Notes: generated from the sequence alone by a model not told the origin. DNA of 64,000 bases from Gemmatimonadota bacterium (GCA_036679605.1 JAZDCZ010000180.1:116967-180966), one strand, 5' to 3'. Counted from the first letter of the stretch, positions 37,461 to 47,822 are shown. A program made the numbers and translations.

Positions 37461-38545
37461 GCGAGCACCAACACATCGAATGGAAGGTTGCCTGGCGGGA
37501 CGAGTGCCTGAAATGGATCTGTGGCTTCGCCAACGCCGAGGGCGGTGCGCTGGTGATCGGCAAGGATGACAAGGGCAAGGTAGTCGGCCTTTCGAATGCC
37601 AAGAAGCTGCTGGAGGAGATTCCCAACAAGGTGCGCGACCTGCTCGGCATCATGGTGGATGTAAACCTGCATCACGAGAACGGCGAAGATCTCATTGAGA
37701 TCGTGGTGGAACCCTACCCCTACCCGATCAGCTACAAGGGCCAATACCACTACCGCAGCGGCAGCACCAAGCAGGAACTCAAGGGTGCGGCGCTGGACAA
37801 GTTCCTCTTGCGCAAGCTGGGCCGTCATTGGGACGGTGTTCCGGTGTCGCAGGTAGTGGTCAAGGATCTTTCCAGCGCGGTGATAGACACGTTCCGAGAG
37901 CTGGCGCGACAAAGCCGGCGACTGGATGCCACCATCCTCCGGGAATCTGCGCCCGGACTCATCGAGAAGCTGCATCTGCTGGTGGGCTCCTATCTGAAGC
38001 GAGCCGCCCTCCTGCTATTCCATCCCGACCCCGAGCGCTTCGTCACAGGCGCCTACGTGAAGATCGGTTTCTTCCGCACCAATGCCGACCTGCTTTACCA
38101 CGACGAAATCCACGGCGATCTCTTCTCCCAAGTGGAGAAGACGATCGAACTCCTGATCACGAAGTACCTCAAGGCAGGGATCAGCTACCAGGGCATCCAG
38201 CGCATGGAGACCCTTCCCGTCCCCGAGGCCGCCTTGCGCGAGGGGGTGCTCGAACCCGACGGCCTGTGGGTAGAAGTCCCCTTCCCGCGACAGCCGGCGG
38301 GACTTGACTCCGGCGAGAGGTGGGGTGAAAAGTGGGGTGAAAAGTGGAGTGCATCCGCCCTGGCGAAGCGACGGAAAATCGCGGAGACCATTATGCAGGA
38401 TTCGCGGGTCACGATCACTCAGTTAGCAACGAACCTGCGGATGGGAACCACCGCCATCGAGAAACACCTCAAGGCCATGCGCGAGCAGGGATGTATCAGG
38501 CGTGTCGGACCGGCCAGAGGCGGTCATTGGGAGGTGCTGCCATGA
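37457..38545 (+). CDS. AlbA_2/Schlafen-like domain protein with C-terminal HTH, apparently internally deleted
   Basis: EHQHIEWK, ICGFANAEGG.L.IG.DD, YHYRSGSTK, C-terminal HTH ending RRVGPARGGHWEV. Confidence 0.85.
   Translation: MSEHQHIEWKVAWRDECLKWICGFANAEGGALVIGKDDKGKVVGLSNAKKLLEEIPNKVRDLLGIMVDVNLHHENGEDLIEIVVEPYPYPISYKGQYHYRSGSTKQELKGAALDKFLLRKLGRHWDGVPVSQVVVKDLSSAVIDTFRELARQSRRLDATILRESAPGLIEKLHLLVGSYLKRAALLLFHPDPERFVTGAYVKIGFFRTNADLLYHDEIHGDLFSQVEKTIELLITKYLKAGISYQGIQRMETLPVPEAALREGVLEPDGLWVEVPFPRQPAGLDSGERWGEKWGEKWSASALAKRRKIAETIMQDSRVTITQLATNLRMGTTAIEKHLKAMREQGCIRRVGPARGGHWEVLP
38319..38350 (+). repeat. 12-bp tandem repeat encoding WGEK units
   Basis: GGTGGGGTGAAA AGTGGGGTGAAA AGTGGAGT within the AlbA_2 gene linker. 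Confidence 0.75.
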
Positions 38546-41500
38546 ACCCCATCGGCCAACCCGAGCGCGTCACGCAGAACCGCATCATCGCCCTGTTCCG
38601 CGACGAACTGAACTACGAGTACCTCGGCGATTGGCAGGAGCGCGACGACAACAGCAACATCGAGGAGAATCTGCTTGCAGCCCACTTGAGCAAACGGGGC
38701 TACAGCCAGGCGCACATCAGCGTGGCACTCCACAAGCTGCGCACCGAGGCGGACAAGCACAGTCGCACGCTCTACGGCAACAACCAAGCCGTCTACAACC
38801 TGCTCTACTACGGAGTGCCGGTGAAGATCGAGGCGGGCAAGGTCACCGAAACCGTCCACCTCATCAACTGGCGGGAACCGGAGCAGAACGACTTCGCCAT
38901 CGCCGAAGAGGTGACGCTCAAGGGCAACCACGAGCGGCGGCCGGATATCGTGCTGTATGTGAACGGCATCGCCGTCGGGGTGATCGAACTCAAAAACAGC
39001 CGAGTGAGTATCGGTGACGGCATCCGTCAAAACCTCTCGAACCAGCAGCCCGAGTTCAACGCCTGGTTCTTCAGCACGGTGCAGTTGATCTTCGCGGGCA
39101 ATGACTCCGAGGGACTGCAGTACGGCGCCATCGGGACGCCGGAGAAATATTTCATGAAGTGGAAGGAGGACGAGGCGGACGACATCCGCTTCAAGCTGGA
39201 CAAGTACCTGCTCAAGATGTGTCGCAAGGATCGGCTCATCGAACTGATGCACGACTTCGTGCTGTTCGACGGCGGCATCAAGAAGCTGCCCCGCGTGCAC
39301 CAGTATTTCGGCGTCAAGGCCGCGCAGCACCATGTGCGCGAGAAGAAGGGCGGCATTATCTGGCACACGCAAGGCAGCGGCAAGAGCATCGTGATGGTGC
39401 TGCTCGCAAAGTGGATCCTGGAGAACAACCCCAACGCGCGTGTCGCCGTCATCACCGACCGCGACGAACTGGACAAGCAGATCGAACGGGTCTTCACCGC
39501 GGTGGGCGAAGCCATCAAGCGCACCAGCAGCGGCCGCGACCTGATGAACCAGCTCAGCGAGGCGACGCCACGTATGCTCTGTTCGCTGGTGCACAAGTTT
39601 GGGCTAAAGGGGACCAAGAAGACGGAGGAGGAGTTCAGCCAGTTTATCACTGAGCTGGAGTCGGCCCCCAGTCAGACGGTGGGCGAATTGTTCGTATTCG
39701 TTGACGAGTGTCATCGCACGCAAAGTGGCAGACTGCACCGGGTGATGAAGGCAATGATGCCCAACGCGGTGTTCATCGGCTTCACCGGCACACCTTTGCT
39801 GGCGCAGGACAGGCAAACGAGCCTGGAGGTGTTCGGCGGCTACATCCACACCTATAAGTTCAGCGAGGGCGTCGAGGACGGGGTGGTGCTCGACCTGGTG
39901 TACCAGGCGCGCGACATCGATCAGCACCTCGGCTCCGAGGACAAGATCGACGCCTGGTTCGAGGCCAAGACGAAGGGCTTGAACGATTGGCAGAAGGATG
40001 AGCTGAAGCAGCAATGGGGCACTATGCAGAAGGTGCTCAGCTCCCGCTCGCGCATGGAACGGGTAGTAAACGAAGTAGTCTTCGACTTCAACGTGAAGCC
40101 GCGCCTTTCCAGCGAGCGCGGCAACGCCATTTTGGTGGCCTCAAGCATCTACGAGGCGTGCAAGTACTTCGTCTTGTTTGAGAAGACGCCCTTCAAGGGC
40201 AAGTGCGCGGTGGTGACCTCTTACAATCCTCTGGCGGGGGACGTAACGCTGGAGGAAACCGGCGCCAACACCGCAACCGACAAACAGTTCATCTACAACA
40301 CATACAACGAGCTGCTGGAGGACGTCGAAGCCAAGCCCGACACGAGCAAGACCGAGACCTACGAGGAACAGGCCAAGGCGCTGTTCACCGCGGAACCGGC
40401 CAACATGAAGCTGCTCGTCGTGGTGGACAAGCTGCTCGTCGGCTTCGACGCGCCACCATGTACTTACTTGTACATAGACAAGTCGATGCAGGACCACGGC
40501 CTGTTCCAGGCCATCTGCCGCGTCAACCGACTGGACGGCGATGACAAGGAGTTCGGCTACATCGTTGACTACAAGGATCTGTTCAGGAAGGTCGAGAACG
40601 CGATTGCCGTCTACACCTCGGAACTCGATCGCAGCGCGGGCGGATCTGATCCGGAGATTCTCCTACAGGATCGCCTCGAGAAAGGGAAGGAACGGCTCGA
40701 TAACGCGGTGGAGGCCTTAGCCCTGCTGTGCGAGCCGGTTGAGCCGCCGAAAGGCGAGCTGGAGCACATCCACTACTTCTGCGGCAACACGGAGATTCCG
40801 GCGGAGCTACAGGAGCGGGAAGCGCAGCGCGCCGCACTCTACAAGGCTACCGTCGCCCTGGTGCGCGCCTACGCCAACATCGCCGACGAACTGGAACCCG
40901 CCGGCTATGATGCTGCCGATATCGGACGCATCGAGCAGCAACTCGACCACTACCTCAAGTTGCGCGAGATCATCCGCAAGGCGAGCGGCGAGACCTTGGA
41001 CCTCAAGGCCTACGAGGCCGACATGCGGCACCTCATCGACACCTACATCGAGGCGGACGAACCGAGGAAGATTTCGCCCTTCGACAACATGGGCCTGCTG
41101 GAGCTGATCGTGAAAACCGGCATCGCTGAGGCCATCACGTCGCAGCTCGGTGGCTTGAAAGGCAACAGAAACGCGATCGCCGAGACCATCGAGAACAACG
41201 TGCGGCGCAAGATCATCAAGGAGCAACTGAACGACCCGGCTTACTATGAGAAGATGTCGCAGTTGCTGGACGAGATCATCGCGGCGCGGAAGGCCAAGGC
41301 CATTGAGTACGAGGAATACCTGAAGCGCATCGCGAACTTGGCGCGGAGGGTCGAAGCAGGGTTTGCGGACGATACGCCCGAGCCGTTGAAGAACAGTCCG
41401 GCGCGCCGGGCACTGTACAACAACCTGAAGAGGGACGCCGGTCGGGTCTCCGAGCCCGACCCGGCGTTGGATCTGGCGCTCAAGATTGACGAAACCGTGA

Positions 41501-41637
41501 AGCATGTGCGGCCGGATGGATGGCGCGGAGTTCAAGCCCGTGAACAAGTGATCAAGCGGGCCTTGTATAAGCTTCTGCAGGATGAGGCCGAGGTGGAGCG
41601 CATCTTCCTCATCGTCAAGGCGCAGAGGGAATACTGA
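38542..41637 (+). CDS. hsdR: Type I R-M restriction subunit
   Basis: RPDIVLYVNGI...IELK nuclease motif, WHTQGSGKS, VDECHR, GFTGTP, GFDAPP, QAICRVNR. Confidence 0.96.
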   Translation: MNPIGQPERVTQNRIIALFRDELNYEYLGDWQERDDNSNIEENLLAAHLSKRGYSQAHISVALHKLRTEADKHSRTLYGNNQAVYNLLYYGVPVKIEAGKVTETVHLINWREPEQNDFAIAEEVTLKGNHERRPDIVLYVNGIAVGVIELKNSRVSIGDGIRQNLSNQQPEFNAWFFSTVQLIFAGNDSEGLQYGAIGTPEKYFMKWKEDEADDIRFKLDKYLLKMCRKDRLIELMHDFVLFDGGIKKLPRVHQYFGVKAAQHHVREKKGGIIWHTQGSGKSIVMVLLAKWILENNPNARVAVITDRDELDKQIERVFTAVGEAIKRTSSGRDLMNQLSEATPRMLCSLVHKFGLKGTKKTEEEFSQFITELESAPSQTVGELFVFVDECHRTQSGRLHRVMKAMMPNAVFIGFTGTPLLAQDRQTSLEVFGGYIHTYKFSEGVEDGVVLDLVYQARDIDQHLGSEDKIDAWFEAKTKGLNDWQKDELKQQWGTMQKVLSSRSRMERVVNEVVFDFNVKPRLSSERGNAILVASSIYEACKYFVLFEKTPFKGKCAVVTSYNPLAGDVTLEETGANTATDKQFIYNTYNELLEDVEAKPDTSKTETYEEQAKALFTAEPANMKLLVVVDKLLVGFDAPPCTYLYIDKSMQDHGLFQAICRVNRLDGDDKEFGYIVDYKDLFRKVENAIAVYTSELDRSAGGSDPEILLQDRLEKGKERLDNAVEALALLCEPVEPPKGELEHIHYFCGNTEIPAELQEREAQRAALYKATVALVRAYANIADELEPAGYDAADIGRIEQQLDHYLKLREIIRKASGETLDLKAYEADMRHLIDTYIEADEPRKISPFDNMGLLELIVKTGIAEAITSQLGGLKGNRNAIAETIENNVRRKIIKEQLNDPAYYEKMSQLLDEIIAARKAKAIEYEEYLKRIANLARRVEAGFADDTPEPLKNSPARRALYNNLKRDAGRVSEPDPALDLALKIDETVKHVRPDGWRGVQAREQVIKRALYKLLQDEAEVERIFLIVKAQREY

Positions 41638-42353
41638 TGGTTCAGGAACTCAAGCTGGGCGACATCGTGGTGGACGTGGTGCTCAAGGACATCAAGAATG
41701 TCCATCTCAGTGTCTATCCCCCAACCGGTCGCGTGCGCATCTCGGCCCCGGAGCGCATGAACATTGACACCATCCGGGTCTTCGCTGTTTCCAAGTTGGA
41801 TTGGATCAAACGACAGCAGACCAAGCTGCGGGAACAGGAGCGCGAGACGCGTCGCGAATACGTGGACCGGGAAAGCCACTACGTGTGGGGCAAGCGCTAT
41901 TTGCTTACGGTCTCCGAGAGCGATGAGCCACCATCGATCGAGCTGACGCACAGCCGCATACTGCTACGGGTGCGCCCGGGAACAGATGAGCGCAAGCGCC
42001 AGGCTCTCATGGAGGACTGGTTTCGCGGGCAGATCAAGCAGGCTGTGCCCCCTCTACTCGCCAGATGGCAGCCGCTAGTAGGAGTAGGGGTGGAGCGGTT
42101 CTTCGTGCGGCGGATGAAGACCAAGTGGGGCAGCTGCAACCACAAGGCGCGCACCATTCGCCTCAACACCGAACTGGCCAAGAAGCCGGCCGAGTGCCTC
42201 GAATACATCGTTGTGCACGAACTGGTTCACTTGCTGGAGCCGACCCACAACGCCCATTTCATTGCGCTGATGGACCGCTTCATGCCCAAGTGGCAATTCT
42301 ATAGCCAGGTACTCAATCGCCTGCCGGTTCGGCGAGAGAAGTGGAGCTATTGA
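41637..42353 (+). CDS. YgjP/DUF45 family metal-dependent hydrolase
   Basis: MKTKWGSCN, YIVVHELVHLLEPTHN; starts at the hsdR stop. Confidence 0.9.
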   Translation: MVQELKLGDIVVDVVLKDIKNVHLSVYPPTGRVRISAPERMNIDTIRVFAVSKLDWIKRQQTKLREQERETRREYVDRESHYVWGKRYLLTVSESDEPPSIELTHSRILLRVRPGTDERKRQALMEDWFRGQIKQAVPPLLARWQPLVGVGVERFFVRRMKTKWGSCNHKARTIRLNTELAKKPAECLEYIVVHELVHLLEPTHNAHFIALMDRFMPKWQFYSQVLNRLPVRREKWSY

Positions 42354-42439
42354 CGTTGAGTGACGGCGGAGCTTGGTTCGCTGGGAGGATTTTGCCCGCG
42401 TAACATCGGTTAGCCAATCTGGAGACGCAGGAGAAGCAC

Positions 42440-43474
42440 ATGAGTGATGACCAGCAGCCCGCCCCCCCAGCGATGCCGCCGCACGCCCAATTGATACAGA
42501 TGGGCACAGCCTCTTGGGTCTCAAGCATAGTCTACGCTGCGGCCAAACTGGGCCTAGCCGATGAACTGGCGACCGAGCCCAGGAGCGCTGCAGAGTTGGC
42601 CGGCGCGATGCGGATGCACGCGCCGTCGCTGCATCGCCTGATGCGTACACTGGCCGGCCTCGGCATCCTCACCGAGCGAGATGCGCAGCGCTTCGCACTG
42701 ACGCCGTTGGGCGAGGCGCTCAGAACCGGTGCGCCCGGCTCAGCACGAGCAACGCTCCTGGCGTTTTGCGGCCAGGCATTTTGGCATAGCTGGGAGGAGA
42801 TCTTGTATTCTCTGGAAACGGGCAACACGGGCTTTGAGAAGGCCTGTGGGATGCCCTTGTTCGAATACCTGGCTCAGCATCCCAAGGAAGCTTCCTATTT
42901 CAGTGAGGCAATGGTCGGCTTCCACGGTGCTGAGCCGCCGGCAGTAGCCGAGGCGTACGACTTCTCCGGGTTCGATGTCGTGGTGGACGTTGGCGGCGCG
43001 ACGGGCAATATGCTGGCAGCGATCCTTTCCAGTCACGCCGGACCGCGCGGCGTGCTCTTCGATCGGCCGCATGTGGTGGGCGACGCACCAGCCTTGCTCA
43101 AGGCACGCGGCGTGGAGGCGCGCGTGACTATCGAGCCGGGCGATTTCTTCGAGACTGTACCGGCTGGGGGCGACGCCTACCTGTTGTCACACATCATCCA
43201 CGACTGGAACGAGGAGCAGTGTCTGACCATCCTGGGCCACTGCCGCAGAGTCATCAAGCCAGACGGTCGCCTATTGATCGTCGAGACTGTGCTGCCGACG
43301 GGCGACACGCCGCATCAGGGCAAGGTGCAGGACATGGTCATGCTGGTATTACCTGGTGGCCAAGAACGCACCGAGGCGGAATACGCTTCGCTGCTCGGCA
43401 AAGCAGGCTTCCGCCTGAGCCAGGTGGTGCCCACAGGGTCCGTCGTAAGTGTGGTAGAAGCAGTGCCAGCCTAG
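42440..43474 (+). CDS. Small-molecule O-methyltransferase (family 2, with dimerisation domain)
   Basis: VVDVGGATG, LFDRPHV, GDFF, SHIIHDW, GGQERT. Confidence 0.92.
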   Translation: MSDDQQPAPPAMPPHAQLIQMGTASWVSSIVYAAAKLGLADELATEPRSAAELAGAMRMHAPSLHRLMRTLAGLGILTERDAQRFALTPLGEALRTGAPGSARATLLAFCGQAFWHSWEEILYSLETGNTGFEKACGMPLFEYLAQHPKEASYFSEAMVGFHGAEPPAVAEAYDFSGFDVVVDVGGATGNMLAAILSSHAGPRGVLFDRPHVVGDAPALLKARGVEARVTIEPGDFFETVPAGGDAYLLSHIIHDWNEEQCLTILGHCRRVIKPDGRLLIVETVLPTGDTPHQGKVQDMVMLVLPGGQERTEAEYASLLGKAGFRLSQVVPTGSVVSVVEAVPA

Positions 43475-43635
43475 TGGAGCGGTCCGAGATCACACCTCTG
43501 GAGTTACATGGAGCCTGCGAACCGCGGTTCGAACGAATGCGCCGAGGTCGCACGTAAGCTATTGTTGTTGGCGCTGGCCTCGCGGCGCCTTTCGGCCGCA
43601 CAGCAGATCACCAATATCCAGGGGAGCACACCGGA

Positions 43636-46146
43636 ATGAGTGGACAGATGCGTTGGACCTTCGCGTGGATCACGGTACTAATGGCAGCGGTGGGCGGGTG
43701 CGCCAGCGGATCAGCAGAGACAACGCAATCGCCTTCGCCTGCCGTCGACCGCCAGGGTGAGCGCGACCGACCGCAGAAGAAGGACGAGGGTCCCAAGGCT
43801 TATTCCGACGTGGTCACCTCGGAAGCAATATCCGACGAGGGCCTGTTCTCCGTCCACAAGGTGGAGGACGACTATTTCTTTGAAATCCCCGACTCCCTCC
43901 TCGGGAGGGACATGCTCCTCATCAGTCGCATTGCCGGTGTCCCCACGGGCCTGGGCGGTTTCTTTCCCGCCGGCGTGGCGCGTGGCCGGCAATTGGTAAG
44001 GTGGGAGCGTGTGGACGACCGGGTACTCCTCCGTCGATACGAAACGGGATCGACCGCCGACACGTCCCTGCCCATCTACCAGTCGGTGGTTAGCAACAAC
44101 TTCGCCCCTATTTTGGTCGCCTTTGACATCGAAGCCCGCACCGACGCTGACGACGGATCGGTCGTTGAGGTCACCGACTTCTTCTCCGGCGACACGCCGT
44201 CCCTGTCCGGCTTGCGGGCGGCCCAACGTCGCACCTACCAGGTCCGGCGCCTCGACAAGTCCAGGAGCTTCATCCAATACATGCGTAGCTTCCCGCTGAA
44301 CGTGAACGTGAGGCATACACTCACGTATGAAGCCGGCGCTCCGCCCGCAGGCGCCCAGACCGGCACGATCTCGATGGAGATGCACCAGTCGATGGTGCTG
44401 CTGCCCGCCGAGCCGATGAGGCCGAGGCACGCCGATGCCCGAGTGGGTTTCTTCACTGTGGAGCGGGTGAACTTCGGGTTGGACGAACAGAAGGCGGCAA
44501 CCGAGACATTTATCCGACGCTGGCGACTGGAGCCCAGCGACTTGGCCGCGTATATCAAGGGCGAGTTGGTAGATCCGGTGAAGCCAATCGTTTACTACAT
44601 CGACCCGGCGACCCCCGAACGGTGGCGCGACGCGGTGAAGCAGGGGGTGGAGAATTGGCAAGCAGCCTTCGAGACGGCAGGCTTTAGCAACGCTATCATC
44701 GCCCTCGACCCGCCCACCCAGGAGGAAGACCCCGATTGGGATCCCGAGGACGTCCGCTACTCTGTGGTGCGCTGGGCAGCCAGTCTCACCCGGAACGCTC
44801 AGGGTCCCAGTACGTCGGACCCACGTACGGGTGAGATCATCGAGTCCGACATCATCTGGTACCACAACCACATGCGGTCGTACCGCAATTGGATGATGGT
44901 CCAAACCGGCGCGGCCAACCCCGATGCCCGGCAGCTCCCCATCTCCGACGCATTGATGTCTGAGGCCATGGAGCAAGTCATCACACATGAAATCGGTCAC
45001 GCCATCGGGCTACCACACAACATGATCGCCAGCTCATCCTACCCGGTTGACTCGTTGCGTTCACCGTCGTTCTCGCGACGCATGGGGGTGGCGCCCACCA
45101 TCATGGATTACGCGCGACAAAATTACATTGCGCAGCCAGGCGACGGCCTGCAACCGACGGACTTCCTGCGCCACATCGGACCGTACGATCACTACGCGGT
45201 AAACTGGGGATACCGTATCCTCCCCGAGGCCAATGATCCCAACGACGAACTAGCGACATTGGATCGCTGGATCGTGGAACGCGCCGACGATCCGATGTAC
45301 CGGTACCTCCCTCAACGTGGCTTGCGCGTGTCGGACCCACGGGCTCAAACGGAGGACATGGGAGACGACCCGGTGCTAGCCGACACCTACGGCATGAACA
45401 ACTTGCGACGCATCATCCCGAAGCTCGTGGAGTGGACGACCAAACCGGGCGAGGACTATACCGACTTGGCCGAGTTGTACGGCGAGGCTCTGAGACAGTG
45501 GCAGCGCTACGTGGGGCACATCGTAACGGTAGTAGGCGGAGTTAACGTGAATCTCAAGACGGCAGACCAGGCGGGCGCCGTGTACGACGGGCTTCCGCGA
45601 CAGCGGCAGAAGGATGCCATGGCTTGGCTCGCACGGGAGGTTTTCGAAGCCCCGACTTGGCTCAACCAGCCGGAGATCCTGGAGCGAGTGGGTCCGTCGC
45701 AGGGCGGCTTCGAACGTGTCGCAGCTCGCCAAGCGGGGATCCTCGATCGTCTGCTGGATCCACGGCGTATGGGCAGCCTGGCCGAACTCGAGACCACCGA
45801 CGACGATCCATACCCATTGTTGGAGTTTCTGGACGACACTCGGTCGGCGGTATGGGGGAACCTGTCGTCGGTTGCCACGATCGACACCTACCGACGCGCT
45901 CTCCAGCGTGCGTATCTCGATCGGATGGCATACCTCATGACCGAACAACCCACTTCCAGTCAATTCCGGGGTCCCGCTCCTAGAATGAGCCGGTCGGACA
46001 TCCGGCCACTCGTGCGAGCTCAGCTCGCCGATCTCCACGACGACGTGGAACGGGCAGCAAGTCGCATCGGCGATCGGGTGACGCGGGCCCACCTGCAAGA
46101 CGTCATGGTTCGGATCGACGACATCTTGGAAGGAAACGAAGGGTAG
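43636..46146 (+). CDS. Lipoprotein zinc metalloprotease (EcxA-like; DUF5117/DUF5118/DUF4953)
   Basis: Lipobox AVGGC, DPRTGEI, HEIGHAIGLPHN, Met-turn TIMDY. Confidence 0.9.
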   Translation: MSGQMRWTFAWITVLMAAVGGCASGSAETTQSPSPAVDRQGERDRPQKKDEGPKAYSDVVTSEAISDEGLFSVHKVEDDYFFEIPDSLLGRDMLLISRIAGVPTGLGGFFPAGVARGRQLVRWERVDDRVLLRRYETGSTADTSLPIYQSVVSNNFAPILVAFDIEARTDADDGSVVEVTDFFSGDTPSLSGLRAAQRRTYQVRRLDKSRSFIQYMRSFPLNVNVRHTLTYEAGAPPAGAQTGTISMEMHQSMVLLPAEPMRPRHADARVGFFTVERVNFGLDEQKAATETFIRRWRLEPSDLAAYIKGELVDPVKPIVYYIDPATPERWRDAVKQGVENWQAAFETAGFSNAIIALDPPTQEEDPDWDPEDVRYSVVRWAASLTRNAQGPSTSDPRTGEIIESDIIWYHNHMRSYRNWMMVQTGAANPDARQLPISDALMSEAMEQVITHEIGHAIGLPHNMIASSSYPVDSLRSPSFSRRMGVAPTIMDYARQNYIAQPGDGLQPTDFLRHIGPYDHYAVNWGYRILPEANDPNDELATLDRWIVERADDPMYRYLPQRGLRVSDPRAQTEDMGDDPVLADTYGMNNLRRIIPKLVEWTTKPGEDYTDLAELYGEALRQWQRYVGHIVTVVGGVNVNLKTADQAGAVYDGLPRQRQKDAMAWLAREVFEAPTWLNQPEILERVGPSQGGFERVAARQAGILDRLLDPRRMGSLAELETTDDDPYPLLEFLDDTRSAVWGNLSSVATIDTYRRALQRAYLDRMAYLMTEQPTSSQFRGPAPRMSRSDIRPLVRAQLADLHDDVERAASRIGDRVTRAHLQDVMVRIDDILEGNEG

Positions 46147-46176
46147 TAGAGAAACCGCTCGCAAGCGTGCCGATCA

Positions 46177-46201
46177 CGGCCACGAATCCTCCGTGGCCGT
46201 C
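46177..46201. terminator. GC-rich hairpin between convergent genes
   Basis: ACGGCCACG-AATCCTC-CGTGGCCGT; no clear U-tract. Confidence 0.4.
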
Positions 46202-46286
46202 ACGAGGCGACAGAGGTGGAGCTTATTGAAGTTGAGTAGCTGCGGTGCGTGGTTCGCACGGCGCTCCACTTAGCCTCGGCCCATCG

Positions 46287-46820
46287 TCACTCGCTTCGCA
46301 AGGCGGTCAACGGGTCGACTCGGCTGGCGCGCCTGGCCGGCACCACGCTGGCCGCTAGGACCACTCCACCAAACAGCACCACAACCCCGCCCAGAGTGAC
46401 CGGGTCGAACGAACCCACCTCGAACAGCGCGGCGGTCATCGCCTTGCCAGCAGCCAGTGCCAGCAGGAGCCCTATACCCAGTCCCAGCCCAGCTAGTTTG
46501 AGTGCCTCTCGTAGGAAGACATGTCGGATGTTCACGTCCGTTGCGCCAAGCGCCATGCGTAACCCGATCTCACGCCTGCGCTGCGCCACCGAGTAGGAGA
46601 CCACCCCGTACACGCCGAGGCTTGCCAAGAACAGTGCTGCAGCTCCAAGAATCGCGAGAAAGAGCGAGCTGATAGCCCACTGCAACGTATTCTCCCTCAG
46701 GATTTCGGTCATGGGCCTCACGGAAACCGGTAGATTGCCGTCCATACCGAGCAACATCCGACGCACCGGACCTACCAATGACCCGGGAGCACCAGCCGTG
46801 CGAAGTACGAGGAATTGGCT
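46287..46820 (-). pseudogene. C-terminal fragment of an FtsX/ADOP ABC permease
   Basis: LASLGVYGVVSYSVAQRRREIGLRMALGA...PARRASRVDPLTALRSE; homology begins abruptly near FLVLRTAG with no N-terminal domains. Confidence 0.8.
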
Positions 46821-47168
46821 CCGTCCCGGTGCTTGTGTGACCGGCCTGTAGATCTGCGGTCTAACATACGTCAGGCGGATCGAGCGGTTTCGGAAATCGC
46901 CCAGAATGGCAATAAAAGTGTTCTGAAAAGTTCGGAAAGCCTACCGATCGAACAGGAAATCGAGGATCGCGGGCACCGGTACCACTTGGGCAGGGTTCCG
47001 GCGTTAATGAACGCTGGCTCGGCACTTCATGATGCACCTTGAAAAGGTGCTTCCTATATGAATCTGCAGTTCATGCGGACCGCGCAGCGCCCCTCATCAT
47101 GTCTGCCGGCAAGGCCTCCGCCGTCACCGCACGCCAAAGACTCTCCACCAGCATATATTGATCCCTCA

Positions 47169-47822
47169 ATGTCTCTTCTTTCCAGGCTTCGCGGTTTACT
47201 AACGCTCGGTCGCGGCACCTTAGGCGGGCTCTCGGAAGCCGGTGCCGGTAGCGATCCGATCGCGCTCTTCTCCGACTGGTTCCGAGAGGCCAAACGCTCA
47301 CACATCCTTCTCCCCGACGCAATGAGCGTAGCTACCTCGACCAAAGATGGATCGCCCTCTGCCAGAATGATGCTGCTCAAGAAGGCAGATCAGAGGGGCT
47401 TCACCTTTTACACCAACTACGAGAGCCGCAAGGCCGTTGAGCTAACCGAAAACCCCATTGCTGCTCTCGTATTCCACTGGCCTACGCTCCAACGACAGGT
47501 GCGGGTGGAGGGCAGCGTGACGAAGCTGACCATCGAGGAATCTGAGGAGTACTTCCGGACGAGAGGCCGAGGCAGCCAAATCGGGGCATGGGCGTCCAAG
47601 CAGAGTTCTGATTTAGAGGAACGGTCGGTACTCGACTCACGTGTACGAAAGTATGAGCAAGAGTTCGCGGGTCGTGAAATTCCCCTACCGCCGTTCTGGG
47701 GTGGCTTCCGCCTCGATCCTCGTCTTATTGAGTTCTGGCAGGGCCGGCTCAACCGTCTCCATGACCGGCTGCGCTTCACCCGGTCCGCCGATGGATGGAC
47801 AGTGACTCGGCTGTTTCCCTAA
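47169..47822 (+). CDS. pdxH: Pyridoxamine 5'-phosphate oxidase
   Basis: DPIALF..WF, PSARMMLLK, FYTNYESRK, RQVRVEG, WASKQS, EFWQGR..RLHDR. Confidence 0.95.
   Translation: MSLLSRLRGLLTLGRGTLGGLSEAGAGSDPIALFSDWFREAKRSHILLPDAMSVATSTKDGSPSARMMLLKKADQRGFTFYTNYESRKAVELTENPIAALVFHWPTLQRQVRVEGSVTKLTIEESEEYFRTRGRGSQIGAWASKQSSDLEERSVLDSRVRKYEQEFAGREIPLPPFWGGFRLDPRLIEFWQGRLNRLHDRLRFTRSADGWTVTRLFP

Noticed and set aside
42440..43474. Methyltransferase as part of the R-M system
   Set aside because: Motifs are those of small-molecule O-methyltransferases; no NPPY/DPPY or PCQ motif.
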